IMG/VR virus record: IMGVR_UViG_3300031784_000006
From: a virus
Lineage: Duplodnaviria > Caudoviricetes
DNA length: 64,000 bases
Strand: one strand, 5' to 3'
The translations under genes and the position numbers were made by a program. The notes under the pieces are model-generated. The model worked only from the letters and a program-made list of their open reading frames with translations. It was not told the origin of the DNA and searched no databases. Below are positions 18,496-27,674 of the stretch, piece after piece. The stretch's first letter is position 1. Every line of letters begins with the position of its first letter.

Positions 18496-19163
18496 ATGTT
18501 TATATAAGATTTCTCATTGTATATATCCTCATAAAAATCACCAATATCTCCATTCATTCTAGAATGAAATAGACATTTTGCATTGCAATTTGGATTACTA
18601 CCAATCCAGAGTTCTCTATCAAGTCTATAATCACTTTCCAAATATTTGTCATCTAATGTATTAATGTAAGAAGAATTTGCCCACCAAAAATTACCAGCAA
18701 AAAAAGAAGTGTTTTCTTTTGGATAACTCATAGAACCATCACCCCATAAAGTTGGTCCTGTTGGATAATGGTCAGTACCACAACAATCATAATCTTCCAA
18801 ATATTTTATACATTCTTTCCATTTATCAATCACAAAATATTCCATATATAATCTCCAAGCATTTGTTTGAAGATTGGTTTTACTTGCTCCTTTAGTATGA
18901 AAATAAAGAACCTTATAGTCTGAATTTTCCCTACAAAAATCTCTTAAGGACATTAGGGTTTCTGTTTCTTCTTTCCAATTATAGTTTCTTTTTATGACCG
19001 CTTTTTCTGGTACATTGAATAATTCCTGATCTCCATTCACTCCAAAGTGAATATGAGATGCATCTTTGACAAGACCTGAAGTATATAACCTATGCAATTG
19101 TTGCTGATAAACGAAGGCACCTAAACCTATTTGGGCAATATGATAAAAGATTGCGAGTTTCAC
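18492..19163 (-). CDS. Glycosyltransferase-like hypothetical protein
   Basis: KVLYFHTKG ... FFAGNFWWANSSYI motif common in phage glycosylation clusters. Confidence 0.45.
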   Translation of the reverse strand: MKLAIFYHIAQIGLGAFVYQQQLHRLYTSGLVKDASHIHFGVNGDQELFNVPEKAVIKRNYNWKEETETLMSLRDFCRENSDYKVLYFHTKGASKTNLQTNAWRLYMEYFVIDKWKECIKYLEDYDCCGTDHYPTGPTLWGDGSMSYPKENTSFFAGNFWWANSSYINTLDDKYLESDYRLDRELWIGSNPNCNAKCLFHSRMNGDIGDFYEDIYNEKSYINI

Positions 19164-19948
19164 GAATGATATACTCCTCCATTTTCTCCAGACATTCCTT
19201 TAACCATAGTAAGACCAAGATTTGAAATACTAATGATATTGTCTTTATTGATAAAACGATAAAGAGAATGTTCTACATCAGTGCCAGCAGTATATTGAAT
19301 CATTCTTTCCATATACTTAAATGCTTTCTCAAGTGCTTCTACTGCATCATTAAATAATATTCTATCAAAAGACCAGAGACCAGTAATCATCATACCTTTT
19401 GCACCATAGAGATATGCATAAACATTCTCAAGTTCTTTCTCATCATAGTTTTCTGTTTCTTGAGGTAGATACTCATATCTTTTTAGAATATACTTACCTT
19501 CTAGAAACTTACTTTGATAATCTTTTATATCAAAATCATCGTTCAATAAGTATCTACCAGTAAGTTTAAAAACTCTTTGACTATCACTGAATAGATTGTG
19601 TTTCTTGATTACATAAAGGGTATTTAATAATCCTCTTGTTTCTAATAATGATTTGCCATAAGTAATCAATTCTGGTCTTTCTTCGAGATTCTCATAGATT
19701 TGTTTTAGAACTGGTTCTTCACAAAACTCTAAAAACAAATCTGCTTTTTCTTTAAGAATATCTTTTTGTTTTTCTTCAATCGGTCTAGAAGAGCACTCAA
19801 ATAAAACCACATAAGACTCTGGAACTTTATTACGAATACATTCAATCGTTTCTAATGTTTGATTAAATCTTTGCTCTTCATCATAAGCACTGAACTTATC
19901 TTCTTGAAAGTGTTTGAGTGCTGAACCAACTAAAAATAAAAATTTCAT
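19160..19948 (-). CDS. Glycosyltransferase-like hypothetical protein
   Basis: RFNQTLETIECIRNKVP ... RVFKLTGRY pattern; coupled by ATGA overlaps. Confidence 0.4.
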   Translation of the reverse strand: MKFLFLVGSALKHFQEDKFSAYDEEQRFNQTLETIECIRNKVPESYVVLFECSSRPIEEKQKDILKEKADLFLEFCEEPVLKQIYENLEERPELITYGKSLLETRGLLNTLYVIKKHNLFSDSQRVFKLTGRYLLNDDFDIKDYQSKFLEGKYILKRYEYLPQETENYDEKELENVYAYLYGAKGMMITGLWSFDRILFNDAVEALEKAFKYMERMIQYTAGTDVEHSLYRFINKDNIISISNLGLTMVKGMSGENGGVYHS

Positions 19949-20403
19949 AGGTAATCTGTATTAAAACTAATAATAATTCTTTCTTCTGTTTCTTCTTCTG
20001 TGAAGTGAACTAAATCACTTGAGAAGATTACTAACAACCCAGGATAAGGTTTGATTGATGTATCTGGAAAAATGAGTGGAGTGCTTCCAGAAATATAAAA
20101 TGCTCCACTTATAATACTTTCTTCGTGCTTATGTGCTTTGAGTTTATTTCCTGGTTGCGAGATATTAAACCAACTATTGATAAATTTTAGAGGTGGAATA
20201 TAATACTTATTACAATATAGTCTTACATATTGCTTAAGAATGTTTTTTAATCCAGTCAATTCTGGGTACATTAAAGTAGGCATTCCGTGATTATAAGTAG
20301 AAACACCTTTTGTTACAAGTCCGTGAGAAGAAGTTTCTATTTCCAGAAGTTTGCTCTTGATGGTATTTAGATTGAGAAAAGAAAGGTTATACTCCTCTAT
20401 CAT
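19945..20403 (-). CDS. 2OG-Fe(II) oxygenase-like protein
   Basis: SWFNISQPG...AHKHE..ISGAFYI...LVIFSSDLVH...RIIISFN. Confidence 0.7.
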   Translation of the reverse strand: MIEEYNLSFLNLNTIKSKLLEIETSSHGLVTKGVSTYNHGMPTLMYPELTGLKNILKQYVRLYCNKYYIPPLKFINSWFNISQPGNKLKAHKHEESIISGAFYISGSTPLIFPDTSIKPYPGLLVIFSSDLVHFTEEETEERIIISFNTDYL

Positions 20404-21727
20404 TCATAAACTCTCCAAACTCTTTAATGGTGGCGTCCCAAGTTCTTGGTTTCTTTTGACGGAATAGATGAACATTATCTCCATACCACCAAGACTTACC
20501 AGTAGAACTTGTCCATACATAATACTCCATAATCGGCACAAATACACAAACTTCTTTACCCATTGATGCTGCAATATGAGCAATAGAAGTGCAAGAAGTA
20601 ATCACCAAATCCATTTGAGATACGATAGAGAATGTATCTGTAAAATCACGATTTGGAATATCAAAAGTCTTTACATCATAACCTTCTGGTGGTTGTTCAT
20701 CTGGTAGTTGAAGTGAATAGAGTGATGCATTGGTTTTTGAAACAACATCAAATAATCCATCAGCATTCACTGAACGAAAATGTGCTTGTTCAAATCCAGA
20801 ACCAGAGTTCCAGAACATACCAATCTTAAACTTTTGGTCTTCTTGTAAATAAGAATATTGTTCTTCTTTTTCTGGAAGTGGTTTGATATATGGTGTTTGT
20901 CCTAAATCTTCTACTTTAAGATTGAGATAGTAAGGAAGTGCAAGACCATAAACCCAACAAGCATCTTTTGGTAGTTCTGGATTATCCCAAACACACTCAA
21001 CTTCAAATCCATTGTATTGAAAGATTTTTTGTAGGTCTCTTCGTGTGGTTGTCCAGACTGGTTTCATTCCAAGTTTTTCAATGTGTTTCATAAAACGAAT
21101 GTGAATAATCTCATCACCAGCACCACACTGATTATCAATAATAATAGTTCTTCCTGGAGTTACTATTCCATTCCACTTCTCAAACTCTGGAAGTTTTCTG
21201 TTTTTATATGCCTCAACCTCTCCTGCTTTGAGGAAATGTTGAAGTCCTGTATGAATATCATCCTTACGGAAATAATGTCCTGATAGATTATGATATGCTT
21301 TTCTTTCAATCTCCTCTGGAAGTTTATATTTAAGAAGATTGAAGAGTAGTTTTTCTGCTTTCTCTTTTTGATTCAGTGCAGAATAAGAGAAAGTTTCCTC
21401 AAGAAGCAGTTCAGTATCTTGAGGATTTTGTGACTTGATTTTTGAGATTTGAGTTAGTGCTTTATCTGGATAATTATTTTGATTATATGCGTTGATTAGA
21501 TTTTTTGTGGTTGTATAGTTTTCTTCTTTTGTTTTTGTGAGTTTTAATGCTTTTTCTCCACAGATTATAGCATTTGAGAAATCTTTTATCTCAAAGAAAA
21601 TCTTGGCAACATCATTGTGTTGCTCAAAGGTTTCTGCTCTTTTACCAAATGCTTGAAGAACTTGTGTTGTAAGTTCTTTTTCTTCAAACGAATATAAGGT
21701 CTTTGCTACCAACTCAAGTGGATTCAT
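20387..21727 (-). CDS. TPR-containing GT9-like glycosyltransferase
   Basis: Helical N-terminus; GAGDEIIHIRF; DLVITSCTSIAHIAASMGK C-terminal GT-B motif. Confidence 0.75.
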   Translation of the reverse strand: MNPLELVAKTLYSFEEKELTTQVLQAFGKRAETFEQHNDVAKIFFEIKDFSNAIICGEKALKLTKTKEENYTTTKNLINAYNQNNYPDKALTQISKIKSQNPQDTELLLEETFSYSALNQKEKAEKLLFNLLKYKLPEEIERKAYHNLSGHYFRKDDIHTGLQHFLKAGEVEAYKNRKLPEFEKWNGIVTPGRTIIIDNQCGAGDEIIHIRFMKHIEKLGMKPVWTTTRRDLQKIFQYNGFEVECVWDNPELPKDACWVYGLALPYYLNLKVEDLGQTPYIKPLPEKEEQYSYLQEDQKFKIGMFWNSGSGFEQAHFRSVNADGLFDVVSKTNASLYSLQLPDEQPPEGYDVKTFDIPNRDFTDTFSIVSQMDLVITSCTSIAHIAASMGKEVCVFVPIMEYYVWTSSTGKSWWYGDNVHLFRQKKPRTWDATIKEFGEFMNDRGV

Positions 21728-21751
21728 TGTATGATTATGATGTATTTTGAG

Positions 21752-21759
21752 TATTTAGA
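21752..21759 (-). promoter_or_regulatory. T4-type late promoter (TCTAAATA) heading the modification operon
   Basis: Motif built on the TAA stop of RCC1 gene 2, 25 nt upstream of ATG 21727. Confidence 0.55.
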
Positions 21760-22981
21760 TGAAGTCTGATGATTTGATTGCTGCTGTATGAAAACCTCCA
21801 GAACTTACTTGTTTCCAGTTGGTTCCTCCAGAGAATGTGGTGACTGGAGTGGATACATTGGTTGTATCTTTGGTTCCAAGTCTTCCAAGACTACCATAAC
21901 CCCAAGTCCATAAGGTTCCGTCAGTCTTGATTGCTGCTGTATGACTTACAAGAGATGAACTCACTTGTTTCCAGTTGGTTCCACCAGCAAAGGTAGTGAC
22001 TGGAGTACTTATGTTACCTGTTGTTACTGCGTTTCCAAGTCTTCCACTATTACCAGAACCCCAAGTCCATAAGGTTCCATCAGTCTTGATTGCTGCTGTA
22101 TGAGAATTTCCACCACTTACTTGTTTCCAGTTGGTTCCTCCGGCAAATGTGGTGACTGGAGTACTTATGCTACCTGTTGTTACTGAATTTCCAAGTCTTC
22201 CATTAGAACCATCCCCCCAAGTCCATAGAGTTCCATCGGTCTTGATTGCTGCTATATGATGATATCCACAACTTACTTGTTTCCAGTTGGTTCCTCCAGC
22301 AAATGTGGTGACTGGAGTGGATGTACTAGTTATTGTTGCGTTTCCAAGTTTTCCACTACCCCCCTCCCCCCAAGTCCATAAGGTTCCATCAGTCTTGATT
22401 GCTGCTGTATGATAACCTCCAGAACTCACTTGTTTCCAGTTGGTTCCACCAGCAAAGGTGGTTACTGGAGTACTTATGATACCTGTTCTTACTGCGTTTC
22501 CAAGTCTTCCAGTAAGACAATAACCCCAAGTCCATAAGGTTCCATCAGTCTTGATTGCTGCTGTATGAGAAGCTCCAGAACTTACTTGTTTCCAGTTGGT
22601 TCCTCCAGAGAATGTGGTGACTGGAGTGGATACATTGGTTGTTGTTGCGTCTCCAAGTTTTCCAAAAAAACCATCCCCCCAAGTCCATAGAGTTCCATCA
22701 GTCTTGATTGCTGATGTATGAGCTCGTCCACCACTTACTTGTTTCCAGTTAGTTCCTCCAGAGAATGTGGTGACTGGAGTGGATGTAGTAGTAGTTATTG
22801 TTGCGTTTCCAAGTATTCCACTAGAACCATGACCCCAAACCCACAACTCTGGAGTCTTTCCAATTTCTTGAGCGATACTTGGATAAACACTCATCAAATA
22901 ATCTTTAGTTATAAATTCATAAGCAACATCAACACCATTACTTCTTCTGAAGTTAGTAGTTACTCTCTGATTAGAACTCAT
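21755..22981 (-). CDS. RCC1-repeat 7-bladed beta-propeller protein 2
   Basis: Seven repeats, framework nearly identical to gene 1 at DNA level. Confidence 0.9.
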   Translation of the reverse strand: MSSNQRVTTNFRRSNGVDVAYEFITKDYLMSVYPSIAQEIGKTPELWVWGHGSSGILGNATITTTTSTPVTTFSGGTNWKQVSGGRAHTSAIKTDGTLWTWGDGFFGKLGDATTTNVSTPVTTFSGGTNWKQVSSGASHTAAIKTDGTLWTWGYCLTGRLGNAVRTGIISTPVTTFAGGTNWKQVSSGGYHTAAIKTDGTLWTWGEGGSGKLGNATITSTSTPVTTFAGGTNWKQVSCGYHHIAAIKTDGTLWTWGDGSNGRLGNSVTTGSISTPVTTFAGGTNWKQVSGGNSHTAAIKTDGTLWTWGSGNSGRLGNAVTTGNISTPVTTFAGGTNWKQVSSSLVSHTAAIKTDGTLWTWGYGSLGRLGTKDTTNVSTPVTTFSGGTNWKQVSSGGFHTAAIKSSDFI

Positions 22982-22982
22982 T

Positions 22983-23660
22983 TTACTCTGCTACTGGTGG
23001 TTGAATTTCTTCTGGAAGTTCTCTCACAATCACATCATAAACTTCATCAATGGTCTCACAAGCATCAATCTCTTGAAGTTTTGCAAGTTCCCAATCAAAT
23101 GCTGCTTGAACTACTTTGTCAATTTCACTTACAATATATTGAAGATTTTCTGTGCTAACTTCTAACCAACCACTCAAGAACTTAAAATTATGAGAATCTG
23201 GTGCTGCACTTAACTTACTTGCAAGCAACACTCTTTCTTCTCTTGAAGTTGATACTTGAACTGAATTTCCATTAACATCTAAAGTAATTATTGTATTTTC
23301 TTTTTCTTTTCTGTATGGAGAAACTTCTTGTTTGCGAATTACTTTAACTTCTTCTAGAGTCTTATCAACAATTGGATAAGTAAATATTACTTTTATTGGA
23401 ATATCATCTTCAATATCTTCAATGATTTCCCAAGTAAAGTTTCCAATATTATGATACTTTGGATCGTGTTCTGGAACTACCTTTTCAATTGGTAGAAGAT
23501 GTGTAAGACCATCACTAAAATGAATTGGAAGGTCTGTATAACTTTGTGGAGAAATTCTTTCTTCTACTTCAAGGTCTTCTAAATCGGCATTAATGTATTT
23601 CACATTAAATCCCATTGGACCAAGTTCTAATGAGTTATTGTGAATGAGTGCGATTTCCAT
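22983..23660 (-). CDS. DUF4376-like (fibre-assembly-type) protein
   Basis: C-terminal LEEVKVIRKQEV..RKEKE...QAAFDWELAKLQEIDACETIDEV pattern. Confidence 0.55.
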   Translation of the reverse strand: MEIALIHNNSLELGPMGFNVKYINADLEDLEVEERISPQSYTDLPIHFSDGLTHLLPIEKVVPEHDPKYHNIGNFTWEIIEDIEDDIPIKVIFTYPIVDKTLEEVKVIRKQEVSPYRKEKENTIITLDVNGNSVQVSTSREERVLLASKLSAAPDSHNFKFLSGWLEVSTENLQYIVSEIDKVVQAAFDWELAKLQEIDACETIDEVYDVIVRELPEEIQPPVAE

Positions 23661-23674
23661 TATAGTTTTTTAAG

Positions 23675-23682
23675 TATTTATG
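23675..23682 (-). promoter_or_regulatory. T4-type late promoter (CATAAATA)
   Basis: Motif built on the TAA stop of RCC1 gene 3. Confidence 0.55.
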
Positions 23683-24859
23683 AGATTGGTAGGTCTGGTG
23701 TGGTTCCGGAGAAGACTGCTGATGTATGTCGAAATTCTGCAGAAACTTGTTTCCAGTTAGTTCCTCCAGCAAATGTAGTGACTGGGGTTGATTTGGTGAC
23801 TGATGTATTATCTCCAATCTGAGCATAAGCAGATGATCCCCAAGTCCATAATGTACCATCAGTTTTGATTGCTGCGGTATGAGAATCTCCGCCAGAAACT
23901 TGTTTCCAGTTAGTTCCTCCAGCAAATGTTGTGACTGGAGTTGATTTTGTGACTAATGTACTATCTCCCAATTCACCTCTAGCATTATAACCCCAAGTCC
24001 ACAAGGTTCCATCAGTTTTAATTGCTGCTGTATGATAACCTCCAGAACTTACTTGTTTCCAGTTGGTTCCTCCAGCAAATGTGGTTACTGGAGTGCTTCT
24101 ATTGGTTAATGTATTATCTCCCAAACCTCCAAAAAGATTATAACCCCAAAGCCATAAAGTTCCATCGGTTTTAATTGCTGCAGTGAAGACACCGCCACAA
24201 GAAACTTGTTTCCAGTTAGTTCCTCCAGAAAATGTTGTGACTGGAGTTGATTTTGTGTCTAATGTACTATCTCCTATTCCCCCGAATGAATTGCGTCCCC
24301 AAAGCCATAAAGTTCCATCAGTTTTAGTTGCTGCAATATGGCCAGCTCCACAAGAAACTTGTTTCCAGTTAGTTCCTCCAGCAAATGTAGTGACTGGAGT
24401 ACTTCTGGAACCTGTGGCATTAATTCCTATTTGCGAATACTGATTTTGTCCCCAACACCACAAAGTTCCATCAGTTTTAATTGCTGCTGCATGATATTGT
24501 GCAGTAGAAACTTGACGCCAGTTAGTTCCTCCAGCAAATGTAGTGACTGGGGTTGATTTGGTGACTGATGTATTATCTCCCAATATTCCAAAGGAATTAA
24601 TTCCCCAAGTCCACAAAGTCCCATCAGTTTTTATTGCTGCTTTATTTTTAAATCCACCAGCAACTTGTTTCCAGTTGGTTCCTCCAGCAAATGTAGTGAC
24701 TGGAGTGGATCTATTACCAGTAGCGTTGATTCCTAATTGGCTAACATCATTTCGTCCCCAAGTCCACAACTCATCACCAATATACTGGTCTATTAGTTGA
24801 TACTCAGTTACAAAATAATTTTCTAAATCTCCTTCTGGTGATAAGAACTGATTAGGCAT
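23678..24859 (-). CDS. RCC1-repeat 7-bladed beta-propeller protein 3
   Basis: Seven repeats, same amino-acid framework but different synonymous codons; overlaps the upstream fibre gene by 8 nt. Confidence 0.9.
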   Translation of the reverse strand: MPNQFLSPEGDLENYFVTEYQLIDQYIGDELWTWGRNDVSQLGINATGNRSTPVTTFAGGTNWKQVAGGFKNKAAIKTDGTLWTWGINSFGILGDNTSVTKSTPVTTFAGGTNWRQVSTAQYHAAAIKTDGTLWCWGQNQYSQIGINATGSRSTPVTTFAGGTNWKQVSCGAGHIAATKTDGTLWLWGRNSFGGIGDSTLDTKSTPVTTFSGGTNWKQVSCGGVFTAAIKTDGTLWLWGYNLFGGLGDNTLTNRSTPVTTFAGGTNWKQVSSGGYHTAAIKTDGTLWTWGYNARGELGDSTLVTKSTPVTTFAGGTNWKQVSGGDSHTAAIKTDGTLWTWGSSAYAQIGDNTSVTKSTPVTTFAGGTNWKQVSAEFRHTSAVFSGTTPDLPIS

Positions 24860-27674
24860 TTAATTTTCTCTCCAACTCTTCGATACGAATTTGCTGCTCT
24901 TTAATTGCTTCAATTAATACTCCAATCATATTAGAGTAACTTACTGACTTTATACCATCACCATTAGTTTCAACGAGTTCGGGTAAAACTTTTTCAACAT
25001 CCTGTGCAATTAAACCAAGTGAAGGTTTATCATTATTTATCCAATCGAACCTTACTCCTTGAAGTTGTTTTGTAAGTTCTATCGAATTTTCAATAGGTCT
25101 TACATTTTTTTTCTTTGTAGCATCAGAAAGAGAGGTAAATTGAGTAGCTGATAAATTCCCTGTTGATGGTACATATTGAAGTTCTGAATTTACATTTGCC
25201 TCACTGTTTCCACCTAAAGTATCTGTAAATACAAGATATCTTGTTGATGGGGATGATGAAGATGCAAATGATAATTGAGATGCAGTAGTCGCGGTAGTCG
25301 CGGTAGTTGCGCTAGTTGCGCTAGTTGCATTTCCACTAAAAGAAGATGCGGTTACAATTCCCGTGACATTCAAAGAAGTTAATGTACCTACTGATGTCAA
25401 ACTAGAGGCAGTAACACTAGAACCTAAAGTTGTTGCATCAAGAACTGCAGTTCCATTAACTCGATATGTTTGTCCAGATGCAATATTTAAACCACCCGAC
25501 AATGTTCCGACAGAGGTTAAAGATGAAGTAACAACATTTGCGCCCAAAGTTGTTGCAGATAAAACATTGACCCCGGCAATTTGATAAGTATTTCCTGTAA
25601 TTAAATTGTGAGTACCTGTTGTCACAATTCCAGATACACTTAATTGCCTAGAGAATAATGTTGTTCCGGTAACAGTTGCAATACCAGCAAGAGTTGTTGT
25701 TCCAGATACATTTAGAGAAGTTAGAGTTCCAACAGAAGTTAGAGAAGAATTAACAACTCCAGAACCTAAAGTTGTTGCATCAAGAACATTGGTATTATTA
25801 ATTTTATAAGTCTGCCCTGAATCAATGTTAAGGCCACCCAACAGTGTACCTATAGATGTTAAAGAAGAATTAACAACTCCAGAACCTAAAGTTGTTGAAG
25901 ATAACACCTCAGTATTATTAATTTTATAAGTCTGAGCCGAAGCAATATTAAGACCACCCGACAGTGTACCTATAGATGTTAAAGAAGAATTGACAACACC
26001 AGAACCTAAAGTTGTTGCAGTGAGAACTGAAGTCCCATTGATTTTATAATCATTTCCTGTGGTTGCATTATATCCACCTGAAGTTGTTACTCCAGCAACA
26101 ACTAATCTAGTTAGAGTTCCAACAGAAGTTAGAGAAGAATTAACAACTCCAGAACCTAAAGTTGTTGCATCAAGAACATTGGTATTGTTAATTTTATAAG
26201 TCTGCCCTGAATCAATGTTAAGGCCACTAGAAAGAGTTCCAACAGAAGTTAATGATGAGTTGACAACTCCAGAACCTAAAGTTGTTGCATCAAGAACATT
26301 GGTATTATTAATTTTATAAGTCTGCCCTGAATCAATGTTAAGGCCACTAGAAAGAGTTCCAACAGAAGTTAGTGATGAGTTAACAACTCCTGAACCTAAA
26401 GTTGTTGCAGTGAGAACTGAAGTCCCATTGATTTTATAATCATTTCCTGTGGTTGCATTATATCCACCTGAAGTTGTTACTCCAGATATTAAAACGTTTC
26501 CTACGACAGTAAAGGTTGATGTTGGATTTGTTGTTGCTATTCCAACACTAGAAAAAGTATGAATGCCCGTAGGATTGGAGACCCATTGAGATGAAGCTCC
26601 ACCACCAGACGAAGTAACAGTAACTACTCCAGCAGATATTGTAGAAACTGTTAAATTATCACCAAAATCTATCGTACCTGCCGTTCCAACTAAAATTCCA
26701 GAGTCTCTGATAATAATCCCAGACCCAGAAGCAGTAATGCCAGTCAGTCCAGAACCATCACCAACAAATACTGTAGCAGTGACGATTCCAGTTACATTTA
26801 CGTCTCCCCTAACATCAAGTTTTGATGTTGGGTCTATGGTTCCTATCCCAACATTTCCATTCAAACGATAAATATCGCTTTGATAAGTATTTGTTGGATT
26901 TTCATACTCCCAATTTCCACCACCGATACTAATATCAACAACTTTAGTTCCTGCATTATATGAAATAGAATTACCAGAACCAACAAAATTTAATGCAGTA
27001 ATAATCCCCGTTGCGATATTGACACTTCCGGACTGAATGCCAATACCCCGAATACCGCCCACAAATGTGGAAACACCAGATACATTTAAATTTCCAGTTA
27101 AATCTAAATTTGTAAAGGTATTTGCAGAACCTACTGCAGGAACTCCTTTAATTCCACTATAAACTGCACCACTAATATAAACACTCTTTCCAGTAAAATT
27201 AACTCCACTAGGAAGGTTTGTTCCAATAAAGTTTAAAGTTCCTGATTGGTAGTCGAAGAACCACTCATCATTATTACCAGAACCTGCAGCAACTAATTGA
27301 GTTCCAGATGCAGCAGCAGTTGCTGCGTTACCTGAAGTATGAACGTAGACTTTTACGAGATAAGTAGAACCAATTTCTGGCGGAACCCAATCTGTAATAT
27401 TTGTTTTCCAAGTTCTATTTGTGGACGAAGTAGTATCTGCAGTACATTCGACGGGTAGTGATGTTGGATATAAAGTAACTACTGATGTACTACTACCGGG
27501 AATAGTTGTTGGTATTAAATTTGATTGAGCCCAGACATTATCACCTCTCAACAATAACGCACTTGAGATGGATTCGTTTACTGCATCCTTAATTGCTGCA
27601 GTATCAGTCTTCGCTCTACCATAACCAATTTTTTTCCAGAGATAGTCTATCTTCTGATCGTTTGAAATAGCCAT
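24852..27674 (-). CDS. Tail fibre with 40-aa shaft repeats and C-terminal peptidase S74 chaperone (module B, gene 2)
   Basis: 940 aa; N-terminus paralogous to 5277..8429; TTLGSGVVNSSLTSVGTL repeats; SLSDATKKKNV...GVRFDW...LGLIAQDVEKVLPELV. Confidence 0.85.
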   Translation of the reverse strand: MAISNDQKIDYLWKKIGYGRAKTDTAAIKDAVNESISSALLLRGDNVWAQSNLIPTTIPGSSTSVVTLYPTSLPVECTADTTSSTNRTWKTNITDWVPPEIGSTYLVKVYVHTSGNAATAAASGTQLVAAGSGNNDEWFFDYQSGTLNFIGTNLPSGVNFTGKSVYISGAVYSGIKGVPAVGSANTFTNLDLTGNLNVSGVSTFVGGIRGIGIQSGSVNIATGIITALNFVGSGNSISYNAGTKVVDISIGGGNWEYENPTNTYQSDIYRLNGNVGIGTIDPTSKLDVRGDVNVTGIVTATVFVGDGSGLTGITASGSGIIIRDSGILVGTAGTIDFGDNLTVSTISAGVVTVTSSGGGASSQWVSNPTGIHTFSSVGIATTNPTSTFTVVGNVLISGVTTSGGYNATTGNDYKINGTSVLTATTLGSGVVNSSLTSVGTLSSGLNIDSGQTYKINNTNVLDATTLGSGVVNSSLTSVGTLSSGLNIDSGQTYKINNTNVLDATTLGSGVVNSSLTSVGTLTRLVVAGVTTSGGYNATTGNDYKINGTSVLTATTLGSGVVNSSLTSIGTLSGGLNIASAQTYKINNTEVLSSTTLGSGVVNSSLTSIGTLLGGLNIDSGQTYKINNTNVLDATTLGSGVVNSSLTSVGTLTSLNVSGTTTLAGIATVTGTTLFSRQLSVSGIVTTGTHNLITGNTYQIAGVNVLSATTLGANVVTSSLTSVGTLSGGLNIASGQTYRVNGTAVLDATTLGSSVTASSLTSVGTLTSLNVTGIVTASSFSGNATSATSATTATTATTASQLSFASSSSPSTRYLVFTDTLGGNSEANVNSELQYVPSTGNLSATQFTSLSDATKKKNVRPIENSIELTKQLQGVRFDWINNDKPSLGLIAQDVEKVLPELVETNGDGIKSVSYSNMIGVLIEAIKEQQIRIEELERKLNA
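25370..26480 (-). repeat. ~8 copies of a 120-nt (40-aa) shaft repeat
   Basis: Anchor a/gcc(t/c)aaagttgttg at ~25422, 25542, 25764, 25884, 26004, 26154, 26274, 26394. Confidence 0.85.

Noticed and set aside
16926-24859. Diversity-generating retroelement as the cause of RCC1 loop variation
   Set aside because: No reverse transcriptase in the window, no non-coding template repeat, and differences are not confined to adenines (e.g. TCT/GAA/GCT, GGT/TTT). An RT elsewhere in the genome cannot be excluded
16926-24859. CRISPR-like array (conserved cores alternating with variable segments at ~155-nt period)
   Set aside because: Repeats are in-frame coding blades, too long and non-palindromic; no cas operon
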